Shown: in pieces, positions 8,607-18,586 of the stretch
Layout: every line of letters starts with the position of its first letter
How positions within the stretch are numbered: position 1 is the stretch's first letter
NCBI GenBank assembly: GCA_963772565.1
Contig: CAVYXU010000076.1
Coordinates: 10,417 to 74,416, forward strand
Length of the DNA: 64,000 nucleotides
DNA from: an uncultured Chloroflexia bacterium
GTDB lineage: Bacteria; Chloroflexota; Limnocylindria; Limnocylindrales; CSP1-4
Direction of reading: 5' to 3'
Position numbers and translations under genes: made by a program
Notes under the pieces: generated by a model
Told to the model about the DNA's origin: nothing
Databases searched by the model: none
Seen by the model: the letters and a program-made list of their open reading frames with translations, nothing else

Positions 8607-9964
8607 GCGGCGCGGGTCCGGCGGCGGGCAAGCGCGAGGCCGAGGCCAACGGCCACGACGACGAGCGCGATGGCGAGGTACAGCTGCCCGGCATCGCTTC
8701 CGCCACCCGCGGGCGAGGTCGGGCCGGCCGCGGGTGTGACCGCCGCCGACGGCGCTCCGGGTGCGGCCGTCTGTCCCGGCTCACCCCACTCGGCCGGCAG
8801 CGGACCCGCCGGCTCCGGCTGGGGTCCGTAGCGAACCGGCGCAGCGGCGCCCAGCTCGGTGAGCCAGCCGGACTGGAACCCTGCCAGGTCCGTTCCCAGC
8901 GCGCGGGTGAAGGCCTCGTCGTCGGTCAGGCCGTCCTTGTAGCCGAGGACCAGTCCGTACAGCGTGTCGGAGCCCTTGGTCCGGACGAGGTAGTCGATCG
9001 CGGACACGCTCTCCGCGTACGCGAGGTATGTCTTGTCGACGTCGGTCGGGAACTGGCCGCCGAGCGCGTCGAGCGGGATCAGGTCCATCGAGCGCACGGC
9101 ATTCGCCACCCGGCCCTGGTCCGACGAGGTATAGCCCTCGGACAGGTAGACGGCGAGACCCTCGTTGAGCCAGCGTGGCGGGAACCGGTAAGGGTTGCGC
9201 ACTGCGGTGTCGAACACGAGGTGAACGAGCTCGTGCGGCACCACCACGCCGACCCAGGGGTCGTTGATCGCATCGGGCGTGATCAGCGCGAACAGGGTCC
9301 GGATGTCCGCGTGCGCCTGGCCGCCGACGTTCTCGCGGGTACCCGGCCCCAGGGCAGCCCGGAACGACGCGTCATCACCGTAGATGAAGAAGTCGACCGG
9401 GGCGCTCTCGGTCACGCCGAGCAGCGCGCTGGTGTCGCGGATCGCCTTCTCCCCGATCGCGAGCGCGCGCCTGGCGAAGGCATCGTCGCCGTCGTACCAG
9501 TGCACGGTCATCAGGTCACCCTTGACCGACTTCCAGTCGTGCGTGGTGTCCGAGTACAGGACCGGGAGCTCCGGGCTGCTCACGGACGCGCCGCCGCCGG
9601 TGAACACCACCCACTGCTCCACGATCGTGGTGTTGGGCACGAGGTGGCCGTCCCCGGTCAGGTCGAGCGTGTACCGAAGCGTCTGCGTGCCGCCAGCGGG
9701 TGCGGCGACCTCGACGATGTACGGGCCCAGCGAGTCCGGGAACGTCAGGTGCAGCTCGACGCGGTCGATCGCCTCGCCGGCGGTAACCGGGACGCTGAAC
9801 TCGATCGATTCCCCGTACGTGACCGAAGCCGCCGGCGTCCCGAACGTGACCCCGGCCGCCGAGACAGCCTGGGCCAGCGACGGGACCAGGGCCGAGGCAC
9901 ACAGCAGGGCAGCCAGGAGCGGACGCAGCAGACGGCTCATCCGCGGCCCGCGACGTCCGCTCAT
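8603..9964 (-). CDS. Secreted, C-terminally anchored peptidase MA-family (gluzincin, Peptidase_MA_2-like) metalloprotease
   Basis: HELVHLVFD...RWLNEGLAVYLSEG gives the HExxH plus downstream Glu. Signal peptide MSGRRGPRMSRLLRPLLAALLCASALVPSLAQA. Pro-rich linker and C-terminal TM segment LYLAIALVVVAVGLGLALARRRTRAA. The ATG at 9964 overlaps the SBP stop (ATGA at 9961-9964). Confidence 0.75.
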   Translation of the reverse strand: MSGRRGPRMSRLLRPLLAALLCASALVPSLAQAVSAAGVTFGTPAASVTYGESIEFSVPVTAGEAIDRVELHLTFPDSLGPYIVEVAAPAGGTQTLRYTLDLTGDGHLVPNTTIVEQWVVFTGGGASVSSPELPVLYSDTTHDWKSVKGDLMTVHWYDGDDAFARRALAIGEKAIRDTSALLGVTESAPVDFFIYGDDASFRAALGPGTRENVGGQAHADIRTLFALITPDAINDPWVGVVVPHELVHLVFDTAVRNPYRFPPRWLNEGLAVYLSEGYTSSDQGRVANAVRSMDLIPLDALGGQFPTDVDKTYLAYAESVSAIDYLVRTKGSDTLYGLVLGYKDGLTDDEAFTRALGTDLAGFQSGWLTELGAAAPVRYGPQPEPAGPLPAEWGEPGQTAAPGAPSAAVTPAAGPTSPAGGGSDAGQLYLAIALVVVAVGLGLALARRRTRAA

Positions 9965-11616
9965 TGGCCGGAGCTCCATGCGAGCCCCGCGAGGCGCATG
10001 ATCCCGAGCCCGTTCTGGCTCGCGCCGAGGAGGCCGTCGCGGACGAGCGAGAAGGAGGTCCCGTAGCTGACGGGCACGACAGGCGCCTGGTCGCGGACGA
10101 TGGCCATCGCCCGCGCGTACGCGGCCGTGGCATCGGCCGCGGTCGCGGCAGCCCCGGCATCCGCAATCGCCGCGTCGAAGTCCGCGTTGGACCAGCGCCC
10201 CTCGTTGGCGGTCGAGCCGGTGCCCAGGAGCACGCCCAGGAAGTCGTTGGGTCCCGGGTAGTCCGCGACCCAGGACAGGTTCCAGATGTCGGGTGGGTCC
10301 GTGGCCAGGCGGTCGATGTAGGCGCCGAAGTCCATCGTCGCGTAGTCGACCGTCACGCCCAGGTTCTCCCGGAGCATCGCCACGATCCCCTCGTCGTAGC
10401 CGCCGCCGCTGGAGATGAACGAGACGGTGGGAAAGCCGTCCCCGTCAGGGAAGCCGGCCTGCGCCAGGAGCGCTTTCGCACCCGCGGGATCGTAGGCGGG
10501 CATGTAATCGCCATCCGGAGCACCGGGCATGCCGGCGGGGACGATACCCGTGGCGGGGATCGACGAGCCCACCTCGTCGAGATGGGCAAGGCGGCGCCAG
10601 TCGACGGCCTCGGCGAAGGCACGGCGCACGATCGGGTCGGCGAACGGGGGCTGCCGCGTGTCAAACCCGTAGTAGGTGACCGAGAGCGAGGGGTCGCTGC
10701 GCAGCGACGGCCCGAGGGCCCGGTCGTAGGCGATCCAGCCCGCGTCGACGAAGCCGATCGGGGCTACGTCCACGTCGCCCGCGACGAACGCGTCGACGGC
10801 ACTCCGGCCGCTGATCGTCGTCAGCATCCGCACCGTCTCGATGGCCGGCGTGCCCGCCCAGTAATGGGGGTTGGCCTTGAGCACGAACGCGTCCGGCTGC
10901 ACATCCGACAGGACGTAGCCGCCGCTGCCCACGAATGTCGTTGCATCCGGCACGATCTCGCCGCTGCCCACCGAGCGGGGCACCACCGCGAACGGTGCGC
11001 CGGACACGATGGCCGGGAGGTCGCCGCCGCCGCGTTCCAGGTCCACGACCACCTGCAGGTCGCCGTCGGCGTGGACACCCAGGGTCGCTGGATCGGTCGA
11101 CCGCCCGCCCAGCAGATCGCGGGCCCCCACGACATCGGCCGCGAGCGACGCAAGGGGTGACGGATGCGCGGGATCGAACAGGCGACGCCAGCTGCGGACC
11201 ACGTCGTCGGCCGTGAGCGGACTGCCGTCGCTGAACGTCAGTCCCGGCCGAAGCGTGAAGATGACCTGGCGCCCACCGTCATCGATCGACCATGACGCGG
11301 CCAGCGCCGGGCGCACCGTCAGTGACGGATCGACGGCGGTGAGAGTCTCGAACAGCTGGCTCACGTACGACGCACTGCCCAGGTCCCCGTGGTAGGCGGG
11401 GTCGATCGACGCGGGGGCGCCGGCGAGGATGGTGACGGTGCTCGGATCCGCAGCGGAGACCTGGTCCGAGGCCGGACGGCCCATCGGCCACAGCCGGACC
11501 AGCATCGCCAGGGCGACCAGGACGGCCACGACCGTGATCAGGACCCGCCGGCGTCGCGAGGGCGGGCCCTCGGGGAAGTCCTCGTACGACGGAAGGTTCA
11601 GGTCAGTCTCCACCAT
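9961..11616 (-). CDS. ABC-transporter family-5 (peptide/nickel type) substrate-binding protein, TM-anchored, with no cognate permease in the operon
   Basis: SBP_bac_5-like sequence: DPAYHGDLGSASYVSQLFETLTAVDPSLTVRPALAASWSIDDGGRQVIFTLRPGLTFSDGSPLTADDVVRSW. I chose the ATG at 11616 (MVETDLNLPSYEDF...) because GGAGGG lies 4-5 nt upstream. The track start at 11700 adds an R/P-rich extension. Confidence 0.8.
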   Translation of the reverse strand: MVETDLNLPSYEDFPEGPPSRRRRVLITVVAVLVALAMLVRLWPMGRPASDQVSAADPSTVTILAGAPASIDPAYHGDLGSASYVSQLFETLTAVDPSLTVRPALAASWSIDDGGRQVIFTLRPGLTFSDGSPLTADDVVRSWRRLFDPAHPSPLASLAADVVGARDLLGGRSTDPATLGVHADGDLQVVVDLERGGGDLPAIVSGAPFAVVPRSVGSGEIVPDATTFVGSGGYVLSDVQPDAFVLKANPHYWAGTPAIETVRMLTTISGRSAVDAFVAGDVDVAPIGFVDAGWIAYDRALGPSLRSDPSLSVTYYGFDTRQPPFADPIVRRAFAEAVDWRRLAHLDEVGSSIPATGIVPAGMPGAPDGDYMPAYDPAGAKALLAQAGFPDGDGFPTVSFISSGGGYDEGIVAMLRENLGVTVDYATMDFGAYIDRLATDPPDIWNLSWVADYPGPNDFLGVLLGTGSTANEGRWSNADFDAAIADAGAAATAADATAAYARAMAIVRDQAPVVPVSYGTSFSLVRDGLLGASQNGLGIMRLAGLAWSSGQ

Positions 11617-11811
11617 GAACCCTCCGGCAGGCCGGCGTCCGGCCTGCGATGATCCAGGAGCCGTTCGATCGGGACGGGGATCCGCGGCCGTGCGGTCCAC
11701 GTGTAGTCGTCACCGGAGAACCCGACAAGCATGGCCACGATGCAGACCCAGCGACGCACGGCCGGAGTATAGAGGCGAACTCGCCGCGATCCCGTGCGCA
11801 GGACAGGAAAT

Positions 11812-11863
11812 GAGGCCTCGCTGTGCCACACCGCCGGGGGAACGATGTAATCCGCGAGGCCTC
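11812..11863. repeat. 10-bp perfect inverted repeat (GAGGCCTCGC ... GCGAGGCCTC) with a 32-nt loop, in the long leader upstream of the SBP operon
   Basis: Arms at 11812-11821 and 11854-11863. It lies in a 413-bp non-coding stretch (11617-12029) that includes a locally lower-GC patch (11860-11920). Confidence 0.6.
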
Positions 11864-12029
11864 TGTTCTCTAAACGACGCAGGCGCCATTTCGTTATGGG
11901 GATGCAATGAACAATCTCGAGGGCCGACCGATCGCGCGCCCACGCGTCCCGTCGACCAACGGCGCCGAGCTTCGCGAGCGCCGGGTGATGGCACGGGCGT
12001 GGGCGCCGCCGGCGCACCCGGACCGACGA

Positions 12030-13034
12030 TCACCCGGGCCCGACGAGGAGGTCGCGTCGGGTGGCGAACCGCTTGAGAACCCGGTAGTGGTTACGCCTGG
12101 ACAGGCGGTCCCCATCGGGAGGCACACCGCGCGCCGGCCCCGGTGATTCGCGTCGCCGGACGGGCAGGCCGGGGACGACGACCGCGCGCCGATGCACAGG
12201 AGCCTCCTCGGGGTCGCTCGACGGGTCCGCGTACCCGTCTCGGAGCACGAGGCTCCACCAGACGTCGAGGCTTGGAGCAGTCGTGAACCCCTCGTCCAGT
12301 GGTCCACGCCGCGCATAGTCGGCGCGCCGGAACCCCTGGACGGCGCCGTCGATCGCGTCGACATCCGCCGACGCGTCGGGGCCGGCATCGAACCGGCCGA
12401 GGTCGGGCGACACCAGCCCGAACGACCCCGCGACCGCGATCGTCGGATCCTGGAGCGCCGCGACCAGCGGCGTGATCAGGTCACCGACCACCTCGACGTC
12501 AGCGCCGAGCACGACCACGATCGCGGCCCTGGTCCGGCGGAGCCCCACGTTGAGCGCGGTCGCGTGTCCCAGCCGTGCGCTCGTCCAGACGACATCCGTG
12601 ACCAGCCCAGGGGCGCCGGGATCCAACGCGTCCAGGGCCGTGAGCGCGCTTGCCTGCTCCTCCGACGGCGCGTTGGCGACGATCACCAGCTGGGTCCCAT
12701 CGGGCGCATGGTCGACGAGCCCCCGCATCGAGCGTGCGAGGTCGTCGGGCATTTCCGTCGCGACCAGGACGACCGACGCCGTACCGACGGGTGCCTCGTC
12801 CAGGCGCGACGGAACTGTCGCGCTCGATCCGTAGCGATCGACGCCGTCCACGCTGACGTCCGGCGCGGCGGCACGCTCGAGGTCGTACATCGTCCCGCTG
12901 TCGACCACCTTCCAGCCGGCAGCCCTGATGTCCGCCTTCAGCCTGTCCGCTGCCGTCCAATCCCGCGTCCGACGGGCTGCTGCGCGCGCCTCGGCGAGAT
13001 CGACGATGGACTGGGGTGCAATCTCGCGAGACAT
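12030..13034 (-). CDS. Glycosyltransferase family 2-like (GT-A fold) protein with an N-terminal helical domain resembling the C-terminal extension of CysRS
   Basis: The N-terminus IVDLAEARAAARRTRDWTAADRLKADIRAAGWKVVDSG resembles the CysS C-terminal motif. It is followed by SVVLVATEMPDD...LVIVANAPS...ALNVGLRRTRAAIVVVLGADVEV. I chose the ATG at 13034 (MSREIAPQ) to avoid overlapping the upstream CPBP gene. No clear SD. Confidence 0.6.
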   Translation of the reverse strand: MSREIAPQSIVDLAEARAAARRTRDWTAADRLKADIRAAGWKVVDSGTMYDLERAAAPDVSVDGVDRYGSSATVPSRLDEAPVGTASVVLVATEMPDDLARSMRGLVDHAPDGTQLVIVANAPSEEQASALTALDALDPGAPGLVTDVVWTSARLGHATALNVGLRRTRAAIVVVLGADVEVVGDLITPLVAALQDPTIAVAGSFGLVSPDLGRFDAGPDASADVDAIDGAVQGFRRADYARRGPLDEGFTTAPSLDVWWSLVLRDGYADPSSDPEEAPVHRRAVVVPGLPVRRRESPGPARGVPPDGDRLSRRNHYRVLKRFATRRDLLVGPG

Positions 13035-13090
13035 GCCGGGAGGATACGGCCGACCCCCGATCGCCGCTCCGGGCCTTCCTCCTCGGGAAC

Positions 13091-13918
13091 CTATGCGCCG
13101 GCCGAGGACGCGACGACCACCAGCAGGCCCAGGATCCAGGTATGCGCGAGCCCGCTCCATACGACAGACCCCGTGCGCCAGTCCAGCCACCCATACAGGA
13201 ACCCGCCGCCGAGCGTGCTCAGCGTCTCGATCTCGGGCTTCCCGAGGTGCGCGAAGGCGAACGGCACCGTCGCAACCACGACCGCGATGGGACCCATCAC
13301 CCGCAGCAGCGCGAACAGCAGGAACCCGCGGAAAAAGAATTCCGCGGGGATGACCTCGAGCGCGGTGGTCAGGAACACCTCCGGAGCCGGCGCCCCCTGC
13401 GATCCGTAGTAGCGAACGAACTCCGGGAATCGTCCCGTCACGAGCACCACCGCGGTCATGACCAGGCAGCCGGCAAGTGCAACAACCACGCCCGCCCGCA
13501 CGTCGCCCAGCCGCAGCCCGTAGCGGGACGGCCGGTCCCGCATCGCGAAGACGACCAGGCCCAGCGGGACCGCACCCTGGATGACCAGCCGTTCGATCGA
13601 CTGGAGGCGCTGGCGGTCGGCGCCCGAGGATCCGGCAGCCCCCAGGAGAGCCTCCGCGACCGCGTTGACGTGCCCGTACCGCTCGAGCAGCAGCAGGATC
13701 GCGACCGCAAGGACCGCGACGGTGGCGCGAACCGGCAGCTCCAGCCCCAGGACGGTGACCACCCGCCGGTCGCCCGCATCCGCCGGGTATGCGGGACCAG
13801 CCGAGAGCCAGCGGACGAGCCGGGAAGCCGGGCCCACGACGACCGGGAGGTCGCCCTCGTCTCGCGACCTCTGCGGCATCGTCACCCCGGCCGAGCCGCG
13901 GAATGCGGCCCGGTCCAA
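13091..13918 (-). CDS. CPBP family intramembrane glutamic endopeptidase (CAAX protease-like)
   Basis: Motifs EVIPAEFFFRGFLLFALL and ATVPFAFAHL, then ...GGGFLYGWLDWRTGSVVWSGLAHTW. Multiple TM segments. The start is uncertain; an alternative ATG lies at 13879. Confidence 0.75.
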   Translation of the reverse strand: MDRAAFRGSAGVTMPQRSRDEGDLPVVVGPASRLVRWLSAGPAYPADAGDRRVVTVLGLELPVRATVAVLAVAILLLLERYGHVNAVAEALLGAAGSSGADRQRLQSIERLVIQGAVPLGLVVFAMRDRPSRYGLRLGDVRAGVVVALAGCLVMTAVVLVTGRFPEFVRYYGSQGAPAPEVFLTTALEVIPAEFFFRGFLLFALLRVMGPIAVVVATVPFAFAHLGKPEIETLSTLGGGFLYGWLDWRTGSVVWSGLAHTWILGLLVVVASSAGA

Positions 13919-14078
13919 GCGGCCATCGTTGACCTCCTTATGTCACGCCCTGTACAGGCCATTCGGACCGCAGCACAATGGTGGCGCCCGATGCAGGCTG
14001 AGTGCATCACGACAACCCCGTTTTGAGGGCCGCCGGTGACCATCACCGGATGGAAGGGTTGCAGGAGGAAAGCGTCCC

Positions 14079-14630
14079 ATGCAAATCACGAACCGGATCC
14101 ACATGATGGGAGTCGCGCTGCTGCGCGTCCTGGTCGGCGTCATCTTCCTGTGGGCGGGGCTGGAGAAGCTCACCGCCGCGAAAGCGTTCGACGCCAGTGG
14201 CTTCCTCAAGTTCGGGACCAACGGAACGCTCGGCTGGCCGTTCGTCTCGGGCGATGTTGCCGAGGGCACCGTTTTCAACCCCACGCACGCCTTCTGGGCC
14301 GGGCTGGCGGACAACCCCGGTCTCATGTCGGTCATCAACGTCCTGGTGGTCGCCGGCGAGATCGGGATCGGCATTGCGCTGATCCTGGGCCTGTTCACCC
14401 GCTTCGCGGGCGCGATGGGCACGCTGATGATGCTGTTCTTCTTCCTTGCCGCCTGGGACTTCGCCTACGGCATCGTCAACCAGCACCTGACCTACGCGCT
14501 GATCTGCGCGACGATCACCGGACTGGGCGCGGGCAAGTACTACGGCCTCGACGCGGTCCTCAGCTCCCGGGTCGGGTCGTCGGTTCGTGATCTCCTGCTA
14601 TCAGGCGAGCCGGCGACGGTCAACGCCTGA
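14079..14630 (+). CDS. DoxX family membrane protein
   Basis: MQITNRIHMMGVALLRVLVGVIFLWAGLEKL and four TM segments. GGAGGA lies 9-14 nt upstream of the ATG. Confidence 0.8.
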   Translation: MQITNRIHMMGVALLRVLVGVIFLWAGLEKLTAAKAFDASGFLKFGTNGTLGWPFVSGDVAEGTVFNPTHAFWAGLADNPGLMSVINVLVVAGEIGIGIALILGLFTRFAGAMGTLMMLFFFLAAWDFAYGIVNQHLTYALICATITGLGAGKYYGLDAVLSSRVGSSVRDLLLSGEPATVNA

Positions 14631-14670
14631 CCCATTCCCCCACCGCGCCTCGCGCGGCGCCGCATCATCG

Positions 14671-14703
14671 GAGCCGGCGGGCGTCCCTCCCGCCGGCTCT
14701 TTG
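14671..14703 (+). terminator. Rho-independent terminator candidate after the DoxX gene
   Basis: 11-bp perfect stem GAGCCGGCGGG / CCCGCCGGCTC, 7-nt loop CGTCCCT, followed by TTTG. Confidence 0.55.
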
Positions 14704-14805
14704 CCTGTCCGGCACAGCCACCTGTCCAGTGCACCTGACGGCACCGAATGCGTCAAGATGCGCCCAGCGACCGTCGGGGGCGGCCGCACCCGAATGAGGG
14801 GTCGG

Positions 14806-15309
14806 ATGCCTGCCCGTGTTCTCGTCGCCTTTGCCACCAAGCTGGGCTCAACTGCGGAGATCGCCCAGGAGATCGGCCGGGTCATCCGCGAGACCGGGCT
14901 CGAGGTCGACGTGGCGGCCGCCGGCACGGTGCACGAGCTCGAGCGGTATGACGCGGTCATCCTGGGCAGCGCGCTCTATGCTGCGCACTGGCAGCGCGAG
15001 GCGAACCAGTTCGTGGCCCACCAGCTCGCGGCACTCCAGGCCCGGCCGGTCTGGCTGTTCAGCAGCGGCCCCCTGGACCGGTCGGCCGACTGGGGGCGGC
15101 TCCCGGTCACGCCCGCAGTGGCGCTGAGCACCGATCAGATCGGCGCCCGTGACCACCGCACCTTCGGTGGACGCCTGCTCCCGGACGCACCCGTGGACCC
15201 GCAGGTCCTCCAGACGCACCCGATCGGCGACTTTCGTGACTGGGACGCGATCCGTGCCTGGGCGGCGACGATCGGCGCCGAGATCGCGACGCTCGCAATC
15301 TCGCGGTGA
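14806..15309 (+). CDS. Flavodoxin-domain protein (HemG / Flavodoxin_5-like)
   Basis: MPARVLVAFATKLGSTAEIAQEIG...YDAVILGSALYAAHWQREA...FGG. I chose the ATG at 14806 with GAGGGG about 6 nt upstream. The upstream part of track ORF 14587.. spans the terminator and is R/P/S-rich. Confidence 0.75.
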   Translation: MPARVLVAFATKLGSTAEIAQEIGRVIRETGLEVDVAAAGTVHELERYDAVILGSALYAAHWQREANQFVAHQLAALQARPVWLFSSGPLDRSADWGRLPVTPAVALSTDQIGARDHRTFGGRLLPDAPVDPQVLQTHPIGDFRDWDAIRAWAATIGAEIATLAISR

Positions 15310-15344
15310 GTTGATCCCGGAATCATCGCTCGCCGAGGCCAAGG

Positions 15345-16598
15345 TCAGGGTTCGGCGCCCTGCGTCCTGAGCTCCTTGATGTGCCAGGCGGCCTCGTCAG
15401 GACGGGTTGCCGCCCCGCTGGCGATGTATGCCTCGTACAGCGCGATGGCCTCGTCCCGGCGCCCACCAAGGCGGCGAAGGGCCTGGGCGCGGGAGAACTG
15501 GAGCGCGGGTCGATGGCACAGCTCCCACGACCGCGTGAACTCGTCGTACGCGTGCGCGAAATCGCCCTTGTCGTAGAACACGGCGCCCTTCTCGAAGATC
15601 GCCCGCGCCGCGGCGTCATCGACCTCCTCGATCCCGGTCGCCGCCGGCCCACGAAGATCCTTGATGTGCTGCTGTGCCTCTTCGGTGCGGGTCCCGGCAC
15701 CGGTCGAGACGTATTGCTCGTAGATCGAGATCGCCTCCGGGTCGCGCCCGCCGAGACGTCGGAGCGCCTGGGCTCGCGAGAACAGGAGCCCCGCGCGATG
15801 TGAGAGCTCCCAGGCCTTCGTGAACTGGTCGTACGCGTGTGCGAAATCGTGGCCGTCATACATCGCAGCCCCGCGCTCGAACTCCTTCCGGGCCGCCGCG
15901 TCGTCGACCTCGGCAACGCCCGTCGCGGCCGGACCACGCAGCTCTGCGATGTGCTCCTGGGCCTCGGCGCGCCGGCTCTCATGGCCGGTCGCCAGGTAGG
16001 CCTCGTAGCACGCGATCGCGTCCTCGCGCCGTCCACCCAGGCGTCGCAGCGCCTGGCCCTCCGAGAACACGATGCCGGGACGGGGCGACAGCTCATTCGC
16101 ACGTACGAAGAAGTCGTAGGCATGGGCGAAATCGCGCCGGTCGTAGGCGACGGCACCCCGTGAGAACACCTTTCTTGCGAGCACTTCGTTGTCGGCCGGC
16201 CCCGGAACGGCGAGCACCGCCCGCGTCATTGGCCCGACGATCCCATCCACGACGAGCGGCGCGTTGGCGGCCTGCAGCTCCCGGACGGCCTTGCCGGTCT
16301 TCGGCCCGAAGATGCCATCGACCGCGAGAGCCGTGGCGACGTCGCTCCTGGAGTTGAGCGTCGATTGCAGGTCCTTGACCTCATCGCCGGTGGACCCGAC
16401 GCGCAGGTTGCGAGGCTGCTCCTCCGCGATCATCTGGACCACGGCGGCGTTGCCCGCGGTGCGCTGGAGATCGAGGATGCGCTCCGTCCGGGGCTCCCCG
16501 GGCTCGTGCGCGCCGGCAGCTTCGGCCGGACGACCGCGCGTACCCACTGGGGCCGGCTGCGCCGACCTCCGGGAAACGGTTCGGACCCGCCCGCTCAT
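15345..16598 (-). CDS. Peptidoglycan-binding (PG_binding_1) protein with three tandem ~95-aa helical (TPR-like) repeats and an N-terminal LQRTAGNAAVVQM motif
   Basis: From MSGRVRTV...: ILDLQRTAGNAAVVQM, then LRVGSTGDEVKDLQSTLN...VDGIFGPKTGKAVRELQ...VDGIVGPMT, then 3 x [..ARK.F..GA..YD..DFAHAYD.F....EL..R....FS.(A/G)QALRRLGGR...AI..YE.Y...G.....(E/D)EA..HI.(E/D)LR]. The ATG at 16598 lies 74 nt from the ettA stop. The upstream 356 aa of the 773-aa track ORF overlaps ettA out of frame and was rejected. Confidence 0.75.
   Translation of the reverse strand: MSGRVRTVSRRSAQPAPVGTRGRPAEAAGAHEPGEPRTERILDLQRTAGNAAVVQMIAEEQPRNLRVGSTGDEVKDLQSTLNSRSDVATALAVDGIFGPKTGKAVRELQAANAPLVVDGIVGPMTRAVLAVPGPADNEVLARKVFSRGAVAYDRRDFAHAYDFFVRANELSPRPGIVFSEGQALRRLGGRREDAIACYEAYLATGHESRRAEAQEHIAELRGPAATGVAEVDDAAARKEFERGAAMYDGHDFAHAYDQFTKAWELSHRAGLLFSRAQALRRLGGRDPEAISIYEQYVSTGAGTRTEEAQQHIKDLRGPAATGIEEVDDAAARAIFEKGAVFYDKGDFAHAYDEFTRSWELCHRPALQFSRAQALRRLGGRRDEAIALYEAYIASGAATRPDEAAWHIKELRTQGAEP
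15348..16190. repeat. About three tandem coding repeats of ~273-285 bp (the three repeats of the protein above)
   Basis: Repeat boundaries derived from the protein: aa 137-227, 228-322 and 323-417, mapping to nt 16190-15918, 15917-15633 and 15632-15348. Confidence 0.75.
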
Positions 16599-16672
16599 CG
16601 CCGCAGGATACTCCGCGGACGATGCGTCAAATGCCTGCGACCGGGCCGTCCCCCACCCCGGCCGCCGTCGCG

Positions 16673-18349
<1,677 letters not shown>

Positions 18350-18586
18350 CGGCCAAGGGTACCGGGCGTGGGTGGAGCACGGACGGAGGCGCATCCGTCG
18401 GGGCGCGACCGCCCCTCCACGGCGGCCCGGGCCGCTTCCACATTGCGGCCGGTGCGTCCGGGCACCGGAATCCCAACCAGTGTCGGGACGTTCGGGGTAC
18501 CTCAGACGGGCCGAATGTCGTAGGGTTTGAGTCAAATGCGGTTGCGGGGGCTCCGCCGAAATCCCAATCACTGGAGGAGTGATCGA

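Noticed and set aside
11617-11700. Upstream extension of the SBP gene (track start at 11700).
   Set aside because: The extension is R/P/G-rich (MDRTAADPRPDRTAPGSSQAGRRPAGGF). The ATG at 11616 has a GGAGGG RBS at proper spacing.
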